Source: Candidatus Woesebacteria bacterium (GTDB taxonomy: Bacteria > Patescibacteriota > Microgenomatia > UBA8517). From it: DNA of 64,000 nucleotides. Below, piece by piece: positions 10,966 to 21,434 of the stretch. The stretch is taken from positions 2,996 through 66,995 of the forward strand of contig JAGUYM010000011.1 in assembly GCA_020061305.1 (NCBI GenBank). The letters run 5' to 3'. The translations under genes were made by a program, and so were the position numbers. Every line of letters starts with the position of its first letter. Positions within the stretch are counted from its first letter, which is position 1. The notes under the pieces are model-generated. The model was not told the DNA's origin. It saw only the letters and a list, made by a program, of their open reading frames with translations, and ran no database searches.

Positions 10966-11994
10966 GTGAACAATATGAGTAGAAAATCATTACTTTCAAT
11001 TTCTGTAATTATCTATGCCAGAAATGAGGAATCCAATCTAAAAAGATTGTTTTCATCGCTTAAAAAACAGAATTACCCAAAAAACAAAATTGAATATATT
11101 TACATTGATGATAAATCTACAGACAGAAGTGTTTCGATTGCAAAAGAATTTGGAGCAAAAATATTTAGAGTTAATACCGGTGACATTGAACTTAACAAAG
11201 GCATTGGCATGCATAAGGCAAAGAACGACCTCGTCTATTGGATGGATGCAGATATGGAAGTTATTGATAAAGATTTCTTTCTAAAACTTTCTTATCCATT
11301 GCAAAAGGATCCAAAGATGTTTGCATCTTTTACAAACGAATTTGCGTTAGATAAAAAACATCCAGTTAAAAACTCATTTTTAAGATTTATTTCATACGAC
11401 CCACTCCAAAGGGACCCACTCTATCAAGTTTTCTCACCTTCTATTCAAGAAACTATTATCAGAAAAGGGGATGGATATTTTGTATGCAAATTTGTTCCAA
11501 AAAGAATTCCACCTGCAGGAAGAAGCATGTACAGAAGATTAAAGTTATTAAAAACTGATGTTAGCAAAAATGAATCCTTTATAGATCTTGAAACTTTAGA
11601 GATTGTCTCACGAGCAGGGCATCAACACTTCGCCTATGTTCCTGGTGCAAAAATAAGGCACTTCCATGCAGAAAATATAAATGTACTTATCAAAAAACGA
11701 TTAAGAAATTTAAGTCGCGATTACCTTCCAAATCTCGGAAATAAATACTACACATGGTTTGACCTCAAGAACCCAAAAGATGTTATCAAAATAATATCTT
11801 GGATTATTTGGGTTAATCTATTAATACCCGAGTCAATTGTCGGACTTTACAAGTCTATTAAATTTAAAGACCTTGCATTTTTATGGCAACCAATCGTTTC
11901 AGTAGTTACAACTGATTTAATTATTTTTTCAATTTTGACTTCAAAAGGAGGTTGGAAACTTATCTCTTCAATTTTTGGATCATCAAACCATTAA
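10966..11994 (+). CDS. GT2 family glycosyltransferase
   Basis: ISVIIYARNEESNL near the N-terminus, then IYIDDKSTD and a DxD-type segment VYWMDADMEV. It has a C-terminal hydrophobic tail. Confidence 0.7.
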   Translation: MNNMSRKSLLSISVIIYARNEESNLKRLFSSLKKQNYPKNKIEYIYIDDKSTDRSVSIAKEFGAKIFRVNTGDIELNKGIGMHKAKNDLVYWMDADMEVIDKDFFLKLSYPLQKDPKMFASFTNEFALDKKHPVKNSFLRFISYDPLQRDPLYQVFSPSIQETIIRKGDGYFVCKFVPKRIPPAGRSMYRRLKLLKTDVSKNESFIDLETLEIVSRAGHQHFAYVPGAKIRHFHAENINVLIKKRLRNLSRDYLPNLGNKYYTWFDLKNPKDVIKIISWIIWVNLLIPESIVGLYKSIKFKDLAFLWQPIVSVVTTDLIIFSILTSKGGWKLISSIFGSSNH

Positions 11995-12955
11995 GAAAGA
12001 AGATTCCATAGGTTAAATGGGTTGCAATTATTCCGATCGATACGATAAATGCATCTTTGATGCTAGCTCTCTTTATTACAGAAAGCATACCAAGTATTAC
12101 AAAAAATATAATTAAAAAGGTATATAAATAGAAAATTGTTAAGTTGTAAATTGATAGTAACAATCCAAGCAAAAATCCAAGTGCAAGAATTGAGGGTATA
12201 AAATAATCAAATCTTCTTGATGTTTCAGGAAATTTTTTTGCGAAATACCCTCTATGTGTTCCTATGTTTGAAATCTGTCTTAGATAGGGTAAAAACAATG
12301 CCCTTCTATGATGGTGCACCACGACTTCTGGATCATATATTATCTTATGTCCACCCTTGATTAATTTTAAACAAAGAAATGTATCCTCACCACCATAAAA
12401 ATGTGTCCCGTAACCACCGATTTTTTTCAAAACATCTTTTCTAACGACTAAATTATATGCAGGGTAATCATCAACAAACATCGCATGTTTTTTGACAAAT
12501 CGATGTTGTGCTTGGCCACCGCAAAAAAAAGAGCTATAAACAAGCCCTGTCAATTGCTCCCAATATTTGTCTTCTTTTGGAGTAATCCCCGGACCTCCAA
12601 CTGCAACAATTTGTGGATGGTTAAAATGAACTACCGCATTTTTCAACCAGTTTTTATCGGGGTAGGCATCATCGTCTATAAATGCACATATTTCTCCTTT
12701 TGCCGACTTTATTGCAATATCTCTTTTCTCAGCAGGTCCTGTTGTCTGTTTACCGGTAATTAAAACTCTAGTTTTTGGATTTTTAATCTCAATCTTTTTG
12801 TCGCTAACAATAATTATCTCATAATTTTTATAATTTAATTTATTAAATTTTTTTAAATCTACAAAAAAACGTTTTGTGTCAACATAATAAGGGATGATAA
12901 TTGATACTTTTGGATTATTTCTTGTGATTGAGCGCATCAAACGAGTATTTTTCAT
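11960..12955 (-). CDS. GT2 family glycosyltransferase with C-terminal TM segments
   Basis: VSIIIPYY near the N-terminus and DDD in ICAFIDDDAYPD. The C-terminal roughly 80 aa are hydrophobic. Confidence 0.6.
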   Translation of the reverse strand: MKNTRLMRSITRNNPKVSIIIPYYVDTKRFFVDLKKFNKLNYKNYEIIIVSDKKIEIKNPKTRVLITGKQTTGPAEKRDIAIKSAKGEICAFIDDDAYPDKNWLKNAVVHFNHPQIVAVGGPGITPKEDKYWEQLTGLVYSSFFCGGQAQHRFVKKHAMFVDDYPAYNLVVRKDVLKKIGGYGTHFYGGEDTFLCLKLIKGGHKIIYDPEVVVHHHRRALFLPYLRQISNIGTHRGYFAKKFPETSRRFDYFIPSILALGFLLGLLLSIYNLTIFYLYTFLIIFFVILGMLSVIKRASIKDAFIVSIGIIATHLTYGIFFLNGLMIQKLKR

Positions 12956-12987
12956 TTTTGGATATCATATCATCCAAAATTGATATT

Positions 12988-13641
12988 TCATAATTTTTTA
13001 ACGGCTAATAGTGAATATGCTTTCTTTGGATTTTTTCGAGTATATAATAAATTGGAAATTTCTGATATCAAACCCCAGATTATCTTTGGTTTGTATTTTA
13101 GTTCTGCTTTTTCACCTCTTAGACCTTTTAACCCATATCTTCCAAAAACTTTGTATCCTAACTTTTTGAAGTTGGAAACACCCCAACCAGACAGATGTTC
13201 TTGCAAGCCATTACCTTCACCTGTTTGATTAACAAAACCATTTGGAGTTAATAGAATTACTTTTTTGGAAGCAATGTGCTCCATTATTTTCAATAATTTG
13301 TAACCATCTTTTTTAGGTAAATGCTCAATAACATCCAATGCTATTACTGCATCAAAACTATTTTTCTTGAAATCTTCTTTAACTTCTAAAATGTTTTTGT
13401 GTAAATATTTGTCATGAATATTTAGTTTTTTACTTATATCAATTGATTTTTTAAAACCATCAACACCAACTAAATATTTTTTTCTATCTATAAACCCAAT
13501 TGGAGAATTATCACCACAACCTAAATCTAAAACAGAATCGCAATCAGAAAGTATATAATCAAGTTCCAAAGAAAACGTGAACAATGCAAGATTTGGAAAT
13601 GTCTTTTTGATTGTATTTACAAAATTCATATATTGATGCAT
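12988..13641 (-). CDS. Class I SAM-dependent methyltransferase
   Basis: Motif I VLDLGCGDNSPIG, acidic VGVDG, and KVILLTPNG. Confidence 0.65.
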   Translation of the reverse strand: MHQYMNFVNTIKKTFPNLALFTFSLELDYILSDCDSVLDLGCGDNSPIGFIDRKKYLVGVDGFKKSIDISKKLNIHDKYLHKNILEVKEDFKKNSFDAVIALDVIEHLPKKDGYKLLKIMEHIASKKVILLTPNGFVNQTGEGNGLQEHLSGWGVSNFKKLGYKVFGRYGLKGLRGEKAELKYKPKIIWGLISEISNLLYTRKNPKKAYSLLAVKKL

Positions 13642-13662
13642 CCAATATTCATATTATTTAAT

Positions 13663-15696
13663 TTACATATTTCCATGACTATTTGGAAATATTACGCCAT
13701 CTTCTAACTTTACAGGATTTAGCATAAAGCCTGATAAGTCTTCAATGACTTCTGCATTATATATATTAATTTCTAATAATTCATCGCTGGATTTATAGGA
13801 TTCAAATGTATCAAAACCAATGACCATATATTTTGCATCTTTTGGAATAGACCCAATAATGTCTTTGTTTTTATTTCTAGAGGAGAGTCTAACAGCAACT
13901 CTTTTAGTTATATCATCTATATCTTCTATTTTTTTATAAAAATTAACATAAACATAACCTCTTCCTTTTTCACTTGTCTTTGGATTTATATAAAAGCCTT
14001 TCCAATCTGAAACTTCGATTGGATCAGATGTCCAGATATTTGGTTTGTCATCAAACAATATTTTTTTAGCAAGAGTCTTCTTGATTATTTTGTATTTTGG
14101 AATTTTAGCAACTATGAAATTTGATTCAGGCGCTTGCCATTCTTTAAGCACTGAATAAACTGCATAGTCTGATAATTCACGAACAGACATCGCAGAATAT
14201 TTATTCTCAAGCATTTCTACTGGCTTATTCCAATACAACAAAGATTGTTTAGTATCTTGCGTCATCCAATCGTAAAAATCTGTTGTAGACCAGTCAAGAC
14301 TTGAAACAACCAAATCGGCACCTTTTTCGCTAAATTCTCGCATACTAAAATCGTCTGACACAAAGTTATATGGAACTACCTTTTCAATAGTATTTGGTAG
14401 AGGAACTGATGCGTGAGCTGCCACAACTGATTTGTCAGGAATATTTTTGTTAACCCAAGCGCCTAATATTTTATAATTCCATGGTTTGATATATTCTCTT
14501 ATCACAACAAATGAATTTAATAGACTTTCGTAACCTATAAATCCAACTACAATTAATATAAATAAATTATTTTTAAAAACTTTAGAAACAAAAACGCTAG
14601 TAAAAATTAGAATAAGGGGAATTATTGTTACAAAGTTTCTGGTATAAAACCCTCCACCTGTATAAACAGTTGTTATAAATAAAAATGGAAGTATTACAGA
14701 TAAAATTAATATGGTGTTTAGTTTTTTGTAATAAAAAGCTACAATAATGCCAAGAATTGAAAGTATCGATGCAATTTTCCCTATTCCAATGTGATAAAGA
14801 TAGGAGTAAGGAAAAAAATCAAATTCCATTCTTCCCGTTCGATACTTACCCGAAACAGACGAAAGCCAGGCTCTTGTCTCATCTAATTTTATTAAATGGT
14901 AAGGATTTAAAACTACAAATAAAACAGCAATGATGACAGGTATCATCATCGCCATCGGTTTAAACAAAAACTTTAATCTTAATTTATTATCTTTTTGTTT
15001 ATACACATTTACTAAATGGGCCAAAAGTAATGGTGTAAATGCAAAAAATTGATATTTTGTTGAAAATGACAAACCCGCAAAAATTGCTGACCAAAAATAA
15101 TTTTTGTTAGTTGGTTTTTCAAAAACATTTAAAGTAAACCATAAAGAAAGAAGCAAATAAAATGAATTATAAATATCAGGAAGACCTAAATGACTATTCA
15201 AAACATGCCTATAATTAATAGCAACAAAGAAAGCACTTAAAAGTCCCGCTTTTGTGCTATACAACCTACGTGTTATCATGAAAGTTAAAATAACTATTAA
15301 AACTCCAATGGTCGCGGTAACATACCTACCCCAAAACAACGCATTTATCCATCTGTCTCCCAATGTAACACGGTAAAAAAAATCATGAAATTTTTCTGCT
15401 TCTTTTGGTATTTCAAGGTGCCCGGCAGGATAATTTAAATAATTTCTAACTAAAAATTTTGACCATTCAACTGGGATAAAAAATGTTTGATATGCAATAT
15501 AATTAGTAAGCGGTGTCATAATCGGATAATCGTAACGAAGAGGATCAAAATTTCCGTTAACTATCATTGAAGAAGCTGCAGAATATGAAATTCCATCATC
15601 AGAATGATAAGGTGGATAACCTGGATTTATACCAACAAAACGAAGTATTACTGCTACGATAAGTATAACAAAAAACAATTTAGTATTAGTCTTCAT
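13663..15696 (-). CDS. GT-C-like polytopic membrane glycosyltransferase (ArnT/PMT-like)
   Basis: 677 aa. The N-terminal roughly 400 aa have many TM helices and an early conserved acidic loop (YHSDDG). The C-terminal roughly 250 aa are soluble. Confidence 0.45.
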   Translation of the reverse strand: MKTNTKLFFVILIVAVILRFVGINPGYPPYHSDDGISYSAASSMIVNGNFDPLRYDYPIMTPLTNYIAYQTFFIPVEWSKFLVRNYLNYPAGHLEIPKEAEKFHDFFYRVTLGDRWINALFWGRYVTATIGVLIVILTFMITRRLYSTKAGLLSAFFVAINYRHVLNSHLGLPDIYNSFYLLLSLWFTLNVFEKPTNKNYFWSAIFAGLSFSTKYQFFAFTPLLLAHLVNVYKQKDNKLRLKFLFKPMAMMIPVIIAVLFVVLNPYHLIKLDETRAWLSSVSGKYRTGRMEFDFFPYSYLYHIGIGKIASILSILGIIVAFYYKKLNTILILSVILPFLFITTVYTGGGFYTRNFVTIIPLILIFTSVFVSKVFKNNLFILIVVGFIGYESLLNSFVVIREYIKPWNYKILGAWVNKNIPDKSVVAAHASVPLPNTIEKVVPYNFVSDDFSMREFSEKGADLVVSSLDWSTTDFYDWMTQDTKQSLLYWNKPVEMLENKYSAMSVRELSDYAVYSVLKEWQAPESNFIVAKIPKYKIIKKTLAKKILFDDKPNIWTSDPIEVSDWKGFYINPKTSEKGRGYVYVNFYKKIEDIDDITKRVAVRLSSRNKNKDIIGSIPKDAKYMVIGFDTFESYKSSDELLEINIYNAEVIEDLSGFMLNPVKLEDGVIFPNSHGNM

Positions 15697-15724
15697 AGAT
15701 GTTACAATATGCTTAAATCATATC

Positions 15725-16912
15725 ATGAATTTATTTTCTAAAACATATCACAAATATTTAAATCTACTAGTTAAAAATTTAGTTCCAACTAAAGAAGCAA
15801 AAAATTATATAGTTTTTAAAAACTCACTTGCCTACTCTGAAGACATACAAAAAGATATAAAAGAAACCTATAAAAAAAGTCGTGGGGACACTAGAGTTTT
15901 GGTAATTTATTTTAATTTTTTGTGGAAACCCATACTTGATTTGGCACAGTTCCTAAATTTAAGAAGTCCCAAAGAAACAAAGGAACCAAATTGGCTTTCA
16001 CCAGATGATATAAATAATATATTTTATCTTGAAAACTTTGAAAAAGTTAAAGAAGGCAAATATTTAGTCTTCCCATTCCCTGGAAAATTATTTGAAATAC
16101 TAAATAAGATTATCTCGAATTTGCCACTAATAAAGGAGTTATCACTTATTACCTATCAAATTTATCGACCATTATTTAAACCTAAAAAATATAGTGTCTC
16201 AATAATTATCCCGGCCAGAAATGAATCAGGAAACATTGTGGGATTAATTTCAAAATTACCTAAATTTAATACAAAAACTGAGGTTATCTTTGTTGAAGGT
16301 CATTCAAAAGATAATACTTACGAGAAAATTATTAATGAAATAAAACAAAACAAAAGAAAAGATATTGCAAGTTATGTTTTTAAGCAAAATGGAATTGGAA
16401 AAAATGATGCAGTTAAGCTGGGCTTTGAAAAAGCAAAAAATGATATTTTAATAGTTTTGGATGCTGACTTAACAGTTAAACCAAAAGAACTTAAAAAGTT
16501 TTACGATGCTATTTGTGAGGGTAAGTCCGATTTAGTAATAGGGACACGGCTTGTTTACCCAATGGAAAAACAAGCAATGAGACTTTTAAATTATTTTGGC
16601 AACAAAATGTTCAGTATTTTATTTAGTTTTATAATTGATCAAAAAATCAAAGATACACTTTGTGGTACAAAGGCAATTTTAAAAAGTAATTATTTAAAAA
16701 TAAAATCAAATCAAAGATACTTTGGGAATTTTGACCCATTTGGTGATTTTGATTTAATATTTGGAAGCGCAAAATTAAATTTTAAAATAACGGAAGTTCC
16801 GGTTAGATACGGTCAAAGAAAATATGGCCAGACAAATATTGATAGGTTTAGACACGGATTGTTGCTTTTAAGGATGGTTTATCTAGGCTTATTAAAATTA
16901 AAATTCGTATGA
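15725..16912 (+). CDS. GT2 family glycosyltransferase (DPM1/polyprenol-phosphate-sugar synthase-like) with a 150-aa N-terminal extension
   Basis: YSVSIIIPARNESGNI, VIFVEGHSKDNT and ILIVLDADLTV in the C-terminal two thirds. Confidence 0.65.
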   Translation: MNLFSKTYHKYLNLLVKNLVPTKEAKNYIVFKNSLAYSEDIQKDIKETYKKSRGDTRVLVIYFNFLWKPILDLAQFLNLRSPKETKEPNWLSPDDINNIFYLENFEKVKEGKYLVFPFPGKLFEILNKIISNLPLIKELSLITYQIYRPLFKPKKYSVSIIIPARNESGNIVGLISKLPKFNTKTEVIFVEGHSKDNTYEKIINEIKQNKRKDIASYVFKQNGIGKNDAVKLGFEKAKNDILIVLDADLTVKPKELKKFYDAICEGKSDLVIGTRLVYPMEKQAMRLLNYFGNKMFSILFSFIIDQKIKDTLCGTKAILKSNYLKIKSNQRYFGNFDPFGDFDLIFGSAKLNFKITEVPVRYGQRKYGQTNIDRFRHGLLLLRMVYLGLLKLKFV

Positions 16913-18369
16913 AAGTGAATGGTCAAATCCATAGAATATATATTCTGTTAATTGTACTGATCTCACTTCTTATTTGGAAACCAATATTTGACCAGGTGCC
17001 AATGGGTGAGGGTTATTATTATTTCGACAAATGCCAAAACAAATTTATAGTCCCAAGTGACTGTCCAACAACAATTTGGCAATATGATAACTTAGCCAGA
17101 ATTTCCTTCCAAATAATGATTCCGCTTTTCAAGGATAATATTCATTTATACATGTTTGCTCAAATCGGCATGATGTTACTTCTATATATAACTTTTTATC
17201 TTGTCATGTCAAAAGTCACAAAAAATCCGATGCTTGCTTTTTTTACCGTTCTCGTCTTTCTAACAAACCATACTGGTTCATTTTCAATGATGGCTATCGG
17301 CAATTATCAGAGATTTGTTCAAAGAGTACCCAATTTAATACCCATACTAATTTCATTTTACTTTATATTTAAATATTTCGATACTAAAAAGTATAGTAAC
17401 TTAGTAAAATCAATCATCCTTTATGCATTGGGTTTCTATTTAGCACATCACAGTATTTTTATGCTTCCCCTTTTTGCCGCATTTATATTTTTAAATACAA
17501 TTTCTCAGAAATTGAGCTTCAAATCGGTAATCATAAATATAGGAATTATAATAATCCTATCAGGAATATCAATCGTTTTATCTTTAACTGATCACTTTGT
17601 GCCAAAACAGGGATTAATGAGCTTTATTATAACAACACCTCAAATTATTGAAAAAACAATGCTTCAGGTGCCCAACCTACTAGTCCCAACTGAAATTGTA
17701 AGGTTAATTGCAAGAAATTGGCCTATCTCACCTATTCCCTATCCATTTTCTTTTGTGCTTGAGCTTTTCGCGGTACCTTTATTTTTAATATTAATAATTT
17801 CACTATTCTTAGTTAAAAACAACACAAACGCAAAATTAATTCTTAAAAGTGCAATTCTTGCATTGCCCGTAGTTTGTCTATTAAACCTCTATTCATACGG
17901 AGATGGAGCACCACATCCATTACGAGATTTTGGTGAAGACAGAATATACTTTATACCATCAATTTATGGCTCAATCCTGCTAGGCTACTTTATAAACTCA
18001 ATTTATGTAAAAGGGAAAATACTAAGCAAGTTTATAGCTATTGCAATATTAATAACTTATGTTTTCTATAATTCGCATTTAATCCAAAGGGATTCAAAAA
18101 AACTAACTCCAACTTCAACTAAAATGGAGCAATTTATTGAATATGTAAAAGCCAAGACACATAACAGAGATGCAAAAATTATGATTGTTGGACCCTCACA
18201 TCTACTTTGGCCAATTCAATTTGTTACATTGTTTTATAATACCAACAACAATTTATCATTTGCACTTGATTCATCAAGTTGGGGTGAGACAATTAGTAAG
18301 TCGGATTATGATGAGATTAAATCAATAGATTATATTGATAACAAAATTTTAGAAAAAACAATTAAATGA
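16909..18369 (+). CDS. Polytopic membrane protein of unknown family (possible GT-C-like)
   Basis: 486 aa and about 11 TM helices. It is start-overlapped with the upstream GT2 gene. Confidence 0.35.
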   Translation: MKVNGQIHRIYILLIVLISLLIWKPIFDQVPMGEGYYYFDKCQNKFIVPSDCPTTIWQYDNLARISFQIMIPLFKDNIHLYMFAQIGMMLLLYITFYLVMSKVTKNPMLAFFTVLVFLTNHTGSFSMMAIGNYQRFVQRVPNLIPILISFYFIFKYFDTKKYSNLVKSIILYALGFYLAHHSIFMLPLFAAFIFLNTISQKLSFKSVIINIGIIIILSGISIVLSLTDHFVPKQGLMSFIITTPQIIEKTMLQVPNLLVPTEIVRLIARNWPISPIPYPFSFVLELFAVPLFLILIISLFLVKNNTNAKLILKSAILALPVVCLLNLYSYGDGAPHPLRDFGEDRIYFIPSIYGSILLGYFINSIYVKGKILSKFIAIAILITYVFYNSHLIQRDSKKLTPTSTKMEQFIEYVKAKTHNRDAKIMIVGPSHLLWPIQFVTLFYNTNNNLSFALDSSSWGETISKSDYDEIKSIDYIDNKILEKTIK

Positions 18370-19115
18370 GAGATCTAGACGCCAAGGAATCGCTACTGGA
18401 ACACAAGAAGATAATTAATTCAAAGTTATTTTTGAAAAATGTATATATCGATTTCTACAAAATATTAAAGAGTCATAAAGCACCAAAAAAAGGATTATTA
18501 ATTGAAGTTGGCTCTGGTGGAGGATTTTTAAAAAGATTTATTCCAAAAGTTATAACAACAGATGTTTTAAAAGTAGATGGTATCGATAGAAAACTTGACC
18601 TCGAAAATATCAAATTAAAATCCAATTCTGTATCTGCATTTTACATGTTGAATGTTTTCCATCATATTAAAAATCCAAAAAGGGCACTTTCCGAAATGGA
18701 AAGGTGTCTCGTTGATGAAGGAAAAATAATCATGATCGAGCCATGGCCAACTATTTTTTCTAAATTTATATACAAAAATTTTCACCACGAAACATTTGAT
18801 ACCAATTCTGATTGGAAAGTTAGAGGAACAGGAAGAATGTCAGACGCAAATGGTGCACTCCCTTGGATAATTTTTAAAAGAGACAAACAAAAGTTTGAAA
18901 AGTTATTTCCTAATTTAAAAATCGAGATTGTAAAACCACACACCCCATTTAAATATCTGCTTTCAGGAGGACTGTCACATAAACAAGTGCTCCCTAGCTT
19001 TTTTTACCCCTTTTTAAATATTATAGAAATCCCATTAAGACCATTTAATAAATTTCTTGCCATGTTTGCAACAATTATCATTTCAAAGGCAGGCATTCAT
19101 ATAGAACATGACTAA
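18366..19115 (+). CDS. Class I SAM-dependent methyltransferase
   Basis: Motif I LLIEVGSGGGFL, acidic VITTDV, and LVDEGKIIMIEP. Confidence 0.6.
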   Translation: MRDLDAKESLLEHKKIINSKLFLKNVYIDFYKILKSHKAPKKGLLIEVGSGGGFLKRFIPKVITTDVLKVDGIDRKLDLENIKLKSNSVSAFYMLNVFHHIKNPKRALSEMERCLVDEGKIIMIEPWPTIFSKFIYKNFHHETFDTNSDWKVRGTGRMSDANGALPWIIFKRDKQKFEKLFPNLKIEIVKPHTPFKYLLSGGLSHKQVLPSFFYPFLNIIEIPLRPFNKFLAMFATIIISKAGIHIEHD

Positions 19116-19833
19116 ATGGTCGGCCCTTGTGTGGGTATGTAGTTTTTACCTTAAAACCATAACTTTTGAATAATTTTTTCCATTCACTATCACTTCTATA
19201 ATTTACATTCGTATCTATTAATTTGTTATTAAAAATAATTGGTAATATCAATACATCAGTAATGTAGGTGAAAATATATTTTAATAATGGCTTTTGGATA
19301 ATCTCTGCAACAACTAATTTCCCGTTCGGATTCAAGTTTTTCTTGCAAGCATCAAGTACTCCTTCTTGAGCTTCTCTACTGGGCAAGTGGTGAAAAACAT
19401 GAATTAACAAAATTGCATCAACTTTCTCTATTTTCTCTTTTAAAATATTGCCTACCTTAAATTTTACATTCTTAAGTCCTTTGTTACTCTCAACAAGTCT
19501 TGATTTGTTTAGTTCTATACCAAATACTTTTCTACTTTTTGATGATAATCCTAAATAATTTGCCATTAAGCCATCACCACTTCCCAAGTCTATTATTTGT
19601 CCTTTTTTAGGAACAATTTTTTCAATTTCCTGATATGGAGCATCCCAAACTCTAATTAATTTAAAAAGTGAAGAGAATCCTTGTCCTTTGTATAGATCTA
19701 TCGTTTTTTTCAAATCATTACTCATTTTTGGTTTACCAAAAATATTAAAATAAACATTAAAAAACATTTCGATTAAAAACAACAAAAATTGCTTAATGGT
19801 TTTCATTCTTGTATTATACTGCCATGAAGACAA
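19078..19833 (-). CDS. Class I SAM-dependent methyltransferase
   Basis: Motif I IIDLGSGDGLMANYL, followed by LNPNGKLVVAEI. The true start is probably the internal MKTIKQ methionine. Confidence 0.65.
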   Translation of the reverse strand: MSSWQYNTRMKTIKQFLLFLIEMFFNVYFNIFGKPKMSNDLKKTIDLYKGQGFSSLFKLIRVWDAPYQEIEKIVPKKGQIIDLGSGDGLMANYLGLSSKSRKVFGIELNKSRLVESNKGLKNVKFKVGNILKEKIEKVDAILLIHVFHHLPSREAQEGVLDACKKNLNPNGKLVVAEIIQKPLLKYIFTYITDVLILPIIFNNKLIDTNVNYRSDSEWKKLFKSYGFKVKTTYPHKGRPFSHVLYECLPLK

Positions 19834-20753
19834 AAATATCAGTCGTAATCCCAGTTTGGAACGAAGAAGGTAATATTAATATTCTCTATTCCAAACTCCG
19901 CGAAACACTACTTAAGATTGATAAAAATTTTGAAATTATTTTTATCAACGATGGTAGTTTTGATAATTCGTACCAACTACTTAAAAAAATCGCAAAAAGG
20001 GATAAAAAAGTAAAGTTAATTTCTTTTTCAAGAAATTTTGGCCACATGTCTGCCATAAATGCTGGACTAGAACACTCAACCGGTGAGAGAGTTGTTGTTA
20101 TGGATGCTGACATGCAGGACCCACCATTTGTAATTGAAAAAATGTACAAAAAATCACTAGAAGGTTTTGATGTCGTATATGGTGTTAAAAAGAAAAGAAA
20201 AGAAAATTTTATACGGGTTTACATGATGAAAGTTTTTTACAGGTTACTAAGTAAAATTTCAAACATTAAAATTCCACTTGATGCCGGCACATTCTCCCTA
20301 GTTACACGAAAAGTTGTTAATCACATAAATGAGCTGCCCGAGAGAAATAAATACTACAGCGGTCTTCGGGCATGGGCTGGCTACAGCCAAACTGGAATAA
20401 CCTACGAGAGAGCCAAAAGATACAAAGGTAAAGAAGCAAGCTATGCAAGGCTTTTTAAACTTGCAATGGATCAAATTGTTTCATTTTCATTTGTCCCACT
20501 TAAACTTGCAAGCTTTTTAGGATTTATATTTTCTTTTATTGCGTTCTTAATGATCATTGTTTTATTTATCTTAAAGTTCTTTGTAAATCTTGGAATCGTT
20601 GGATGGACTTCTACCATTACAACAATTTTACTAATTGGCGGAGTTCAACTTATTACACTTGGAATAATTGGTGAATATCTAGCTAGAATTTATGATGAAG
20701 TAAAACACAGACCTGAATATATTGTTAAGGAAAAAATAAACTTCAAAAAATAA
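19809..20753 (+). CDS. Polyprenol-phosphate glycosyltransferase, GtrB/ArnC/DPM1-like GT2 with two C-terminal TM helices
   Basis: ISVVIPVWNEEGNI...IIFINDGSFDNS...VVVMDADMQDPP, plus a C-terminal pair of TM helices. This is the canonical layout of bactoprenol-P sugar synthases. Confidence 0.75.
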   Translation: MYYTAMKTKISVVIPVWNEEGNINILYSKLRETLLKIDKNFEIIFINDGSFDNSYQLLKKIAKRDKKVKLISFSRNFGHMSAINAGLEHSTGERVVVMDADMQDPPFVIEKMYKKSLEGFDVVYGVKKKRKENFIRVYMMKVFYRLLSKISNIKIPLDAGTFSLVTRKVVNHINELPERNKYYSGLRAWAGYSQTGITYERAKRYKGKEASYARLFKLAMDQIVSFSFVPLKLASFLGFIFSFIAFLMIIVLFILKFFVNLGIVGWTSTITTILLIGGVQLITLGIIGEYLARIYDEVKHRPEYIVKEKINFKK

Positions 20754-21434
20754 TTATATCTTCTTAGCAACAATAAAATGTGTATGAAGGCCTTTATTTT
20801 TACTCAAAAACTCTCCCGCTTCCTTTTTTTCTAAAAACCTGTTTCTTGGTAAAAAGTCTCCTGTAATTCTTTTTGTGATATATAACCAAATTAGATAGAA
20901 ACTAAACCAAAGCCCTCCTTTGATTGTAAACTTTAAAATTTTAAAGCCATTATCTTTTAGTAACCTCTGCAATCTTTCAAATTTATAATGTCTATGTCCA
21001 AAATAAAAAGCTGGATCAAGCAAATTCATAAAAAAGTTTGAATTTGGGGTTGATAAAAATAGTAACCCATCGGACTTTAAAATTCTATTAACTTCCTTTA
21101 GGGCTTTCGCCTCAGTGTTCTTTGGAACATGTTCAATTACGTCAAAAAGCGTTGCAATATCTGCAAAATTATTCTTTATTGGAAGTTTTAAAGCATCGCC
21201 TACCAAGAATTTAGCTCCTTTAATTTCCTTGTTTGAGAATGCTACAGCATTTTTATCAGGTTCAACTCCAACAATTTTGATAGTTTTATCAATTGTTAGT
21301 AATTCCTTTTCCAACCATCCAAAAGAAGAGCCAATATCAACGACTGTTTTGTTTTTTAATTTGTATTGTTTAAGCAAATTAAGACAGGCCAAGACTCGTC
21401 CCGAAACTGACATATCCAAAGTGTATTTTTTCAT
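20754..21434 (-). CDS. Class I SAM-dependent methyltransferase
   Basis: Motif I VVDIGSSFGWL, followed by LKSDGLLFLSTPN. Confidence 0.7.
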   Translation of the reverse strand: MKKYTLDMSVSGRVLACLNLLKQYKLKNKTVVDIGSSFGWLEKELLTIDKTIKIVGVEPDKNAVAFSNKEIKGAKFLVGDALKLPIKNNFADIATLFDVIEHVPKNTEAKALKEVNRILKSDGLLFLSTPNSNFFMNLLDPAFYFGHRHYKFERLQRLLKDNGFKILKFTIKGGLWFSFYLIWLYITKRITGDFLPRNRFLEKKEAGEFLSKNKGLHTHFIVAKKI